Positions 44,711-46,803 of a stretch of 46,803 bases of DNA are shown here, one piece after another (the stretch's first letter is position 1; every line of letters starts with the position of its first letter). The notes beneath the pieces are model-generated. The model saw only the letters and a list, made by a program, of their open reading frames with translations, was not told the DNA's origin and ran no database searches. The translations under genes and the position numbers were made by a program. The stretch is from an uncultured Candidatus Poseidoniales archaeon (GTDB lineage Archaea; Thermoplasmatota; Poseidoniia; Poseidoniales; Poseidoniaceae): contig CAYSJV010000003.1 of assembly GCA_964431435.1 (NCBI GenBank), positions 1-46,803 of the forward strand, read 5' to 3'.

Positions 44711-46153
44711 ATGAGTATAGATTTACAGAATTATATAGGTGGTAGTTTCACTGGAACTAAAGATTCTAAAGCAATGCAAAACATAAATCCAGCTACGGGC
44801 GAAATAATTTCAACCATACCACTATCAAGCAAAGAGGATGTAGATTCTGCAATAATTGCGGCAAAGAATGCTCAAAGTTCGTGGGCCAAATTATCAGTAA
44901 AAGAGCGAGCACAATATTTAGATAAAATAGCAGATGAGTTGGAAGAAAACATTGAAACAATAGCCAAATTAGAATCTATGGACACTGGGAAACCAATTAA
45001 ATTAGCTCGGAATGTTGATGCAACAAGATCTGTGGCTAATTTCCGTTTCTTCGCTGAGGCTGTAAGAGCGCAACCATCAGAATCTCATGAAATGGCAGAT
45101 GCAATGAATTATACGCTTAGAAAGCCAATAGGAACGGTAGGCCTAATCACACCTTGGAATCTGCCACTTTATTTGCTATCTTGGAAAGTTGCTCCTGCAT
45201 TAGCCATGGGAAATACAATCGTGGCAAAACCAAGCGAGTTGACGCCACTTACCGCTGATTATCTTGCAAAAGTCATTGACAAAGTTGGATTACCAAAAGG
45301 GGTATTTAATTTGGTACATGGATCTGGTATAGATGCTGGGCAAGCACTAGTTGAACATCCATCAGTAGGAGCAATTTCATTCACAGGAGGGACTGCAACT
45401 GGAAAAGAAGTTGCCAAAATTGCAGCCCCTCTATTCAAAAAATTAAGTCTAGAACTAGGCGGAAAAAACTCCAGTATTATTTTTTCAGATTGTGATCTTG
45501 AAAGTACAGTCACTGGAGTCGCCAGAGCTGCATTCCTAAATAATGGACAAGTTTGTCTTGCAGGATCTAGAATATTGGTAGAGAATTCCATAATGGAATC
45601 ATTTGTTCCAAAGTTTTGTTCAGAAGTTTCAAAGATGACCATAGGAGATCCTTTAGATGAAGAAACAGATTTGGGTTCTTTAGTCAGCAAACAACATTTA
45701 GAAAAGGTACAGAAATACATAGAATTAGGTGTAACAGAAGGTGGAACTATATTGCATGGAGGAGAAATTCCAGAAACAAATCAAAAATTAAAGAATGGAG
45801 CATATATTGAACCGACAATAATTAGTGACGTAGGAATTAATTCACGAATTTCGACAGAAGAAATTTTTGGACCTGTAGTTACTATACACCCCTTTGAAAG
45901 AGAAGATGAGGTAATCAAAATTGCAAATGGAGTTAGTTATGGATTGGCTGCATCTGTGTGGACCCAAGATATTGAAAAAGCAGAACGGGTAAGTGCAGCA
46001 CTAGATACTGGGATGGTTTGGATTAATACGTGGCTACATCGGGATTTACGCGTTCCATTTGGAGGAGTTAAAGCATCAGGTGTGGGAAGAGAAGGCGGTA
46101 GGTATTCACTAGAGTTTTTTAGTGAAACACAAAATATTTGCATAAAATATTGA
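44711..46153 (+). CDS. NAD(P)-dependent aldehyde dehydrogenase
   Basis: ITPWNLPL, KPSELTP, FTGGTATG, LELGGKNS (catalytic Glu), NNGQVCLAGSR (catalytic Cys) and EEIFGPV are present. ATG 44711 lies 1 nt after the stop of the upstream gene. Confidence 0.92.
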   Translation: MSIDLQNYIGGSFTGTKDSKAMQNINPATGEIISTIPLSSKEDVDSAIIAAKNAQSSWAKLSVKERAQYLDKIADELEENIETIAKLESMDTGKPIKLARNVDATRSVANFRFFAEAVRAQPSESHEMADAMNYTLRKPIGTVGLITPWNLPLYLLSWKVAPALAMGNTIVAKPSELTPLTADYLAKVIDKVGLPKGVFNLVHGSGIDAGQALVEHPSVGAISFTGGTATGKEVAKIAAPLFKKLSLELGGKNSSIIFSDCDLESTVTGVARAAFLNNGQVCLAGSRILVENSIMESFVPKFCSEVSKMTIGDPLDEETDLGSLVSKQHLEKVQKYIELGVTEGGTILHGGEIPETNQKLKNGAYIEPTIISDVGINSRISTEEIFGPVVTIHPFEREDEVIKIANGVSYGLAASVWTQDIEKAERVSAALDTGMVWINTWLHRDLRVPFGGVKASGVGREGGRYSLEFFSETQNICIKY

Positions 46154-46162
46154 ATGCGAATA

Positions 46163-46633
46163 TCAATACCAATACATCATCAAATTGCCTAACATTGCAG
46201 AAGAACAAATACCCATTGAATACCAAAGACCCAATCTGAAGGCTGGTAGTTCATACCTCCACCAATACATAGATGCCCAAAACCAAAGTAGTATGATAAA
46301 TAGAAATCCGCACCCCATTGCAAATGACATCATACAGCCGAAAATTATGAAAACAATCATGCCAGAAAACATTTCTATTGTATTTAGGTTGTATCTCCTA
46401 GACTGAATATAACTAACGATGCATCCAGTTGGAATTGTAAAGAGTAATATTGCTTGTAGATTAAATACGCCTGCCATATAGCTACCGTCAATCCATGAAA
46501 TAAGTCCAGGTAATTCCTCCAAGGTAATTGCAGTAATAATTCCAGTCAACAAGCCAACAACTGCCGGCATCACAACTGGTTCCAATGCTGCTGTCTGAGG
46601 GCTTACAACTGTGGCCTCTCTCTCGTGGCTCAT
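46163..46633 (-). CDS. Hypothetical multi-pass membrane protein
   Basis: Hydrophobic helices with an aromatic-rich C-terminus (…WFWASMYWWRY…MMYWY). The ORF is open to 46795, but the composition upstream of MSHEREATVV does not look protein-like, so the start is uncertain. Confidence 0.45.
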   Translation of the reverse strand: MSHEREATVVSPQTAALEPVVMPAVVGLLTGIITAITLEELPGLISWIDGSYMAGVFNLQAILLFTIPTGCIVSYIQSRRYNLNTIEMFSGMIVFIIFGCMMSFAMGCGFLFIILLWFWASMYWWRYELPAFRLGLWYSMGICSSAMLGNLMMYWY

Positions 46634-46803
46634 GTTGAGGCGATACGAGGACGCATGATGAACCCTACGAAAGTTAATTCTAGAGTAATTTGCAGGATTT
46701 GTAAGCGTAACCCTCATGACATTGGAATATGTCGCAAAGTTGGTGAGGGTTTGACGAAGAAAGGTGAAATCGTTGCCGGGATACTTGCTCCACATCCACC
46801 ACA

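Noticed and set aside
1-46803. I looked for CRISPR arrays, IS elements, rRNA genes, long tandem DNA repeats, and toxin-antitoxin or known defence genes.
   Set aside because: No spaced direct-repeat arrays, transposase or integrase-like ORFs, or rRNA-like segments were seen. Intergenic regions are short and largely accounted for by promoters and the two tRNAs.

Overview
AT-rich, gene-dense chromosomal segment with about 46 CDS and 2 tRNAs. It is clearly archaeal: TFB, ribosomal protein L40e, membrane-anchored LonB, archaeal-type PheRS-alpha and AspRS, an A24 prepilin-type peptidase and UPF0147 are all present. The low GC, acidic proteins and two giant sequon-rich surface proteins suggest a marine planktonic euryarchaeon such as Marine Group II/Poseidoniales; this is inference only. 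Most genes are housekeeping: kbl/bioF-like (partial), citrate synthase, folD, tatC, pheS, purA, tfb, lonB, trmI, aspS, two MscS channels, two MFS transporters and an AI-2E transporter. I saw no rRNA, CRISPR array, transposase or integrase. Observations worth a second look: (1) a DUF835 / DnaA-Hda-like AAA+ / YkgJ three-gene module; the AAA+ protein has degenerate catalytic residues and no DNA-binding domain IV. (2) A GDPD phosphodiesterase whose HRG strand sits at the C-terminus, an apparent circular permutation. (3) Three recurring cytoplasmic tail features on membrane proteins: a shared DLPPLD/ELPS/ELVIP motif, a shared Zn-ribbon, and a marked excess of -EEE/-DDD C-termini. (4) A five-gene cluster of small membrane proteins (two YbjQ, TM2, DUF4190-like); two of them have Met/Gln/Pro-rich N-termini. 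(5) A tightly coupled SDR / luciferase-like monooxygenase / asparaginase-II-like / ALDH operon preceded by repeated palindromes. (6) An L40e gene that is absent from the ORF track. All family assignments rest on motif recognition by eye; no searches were run.
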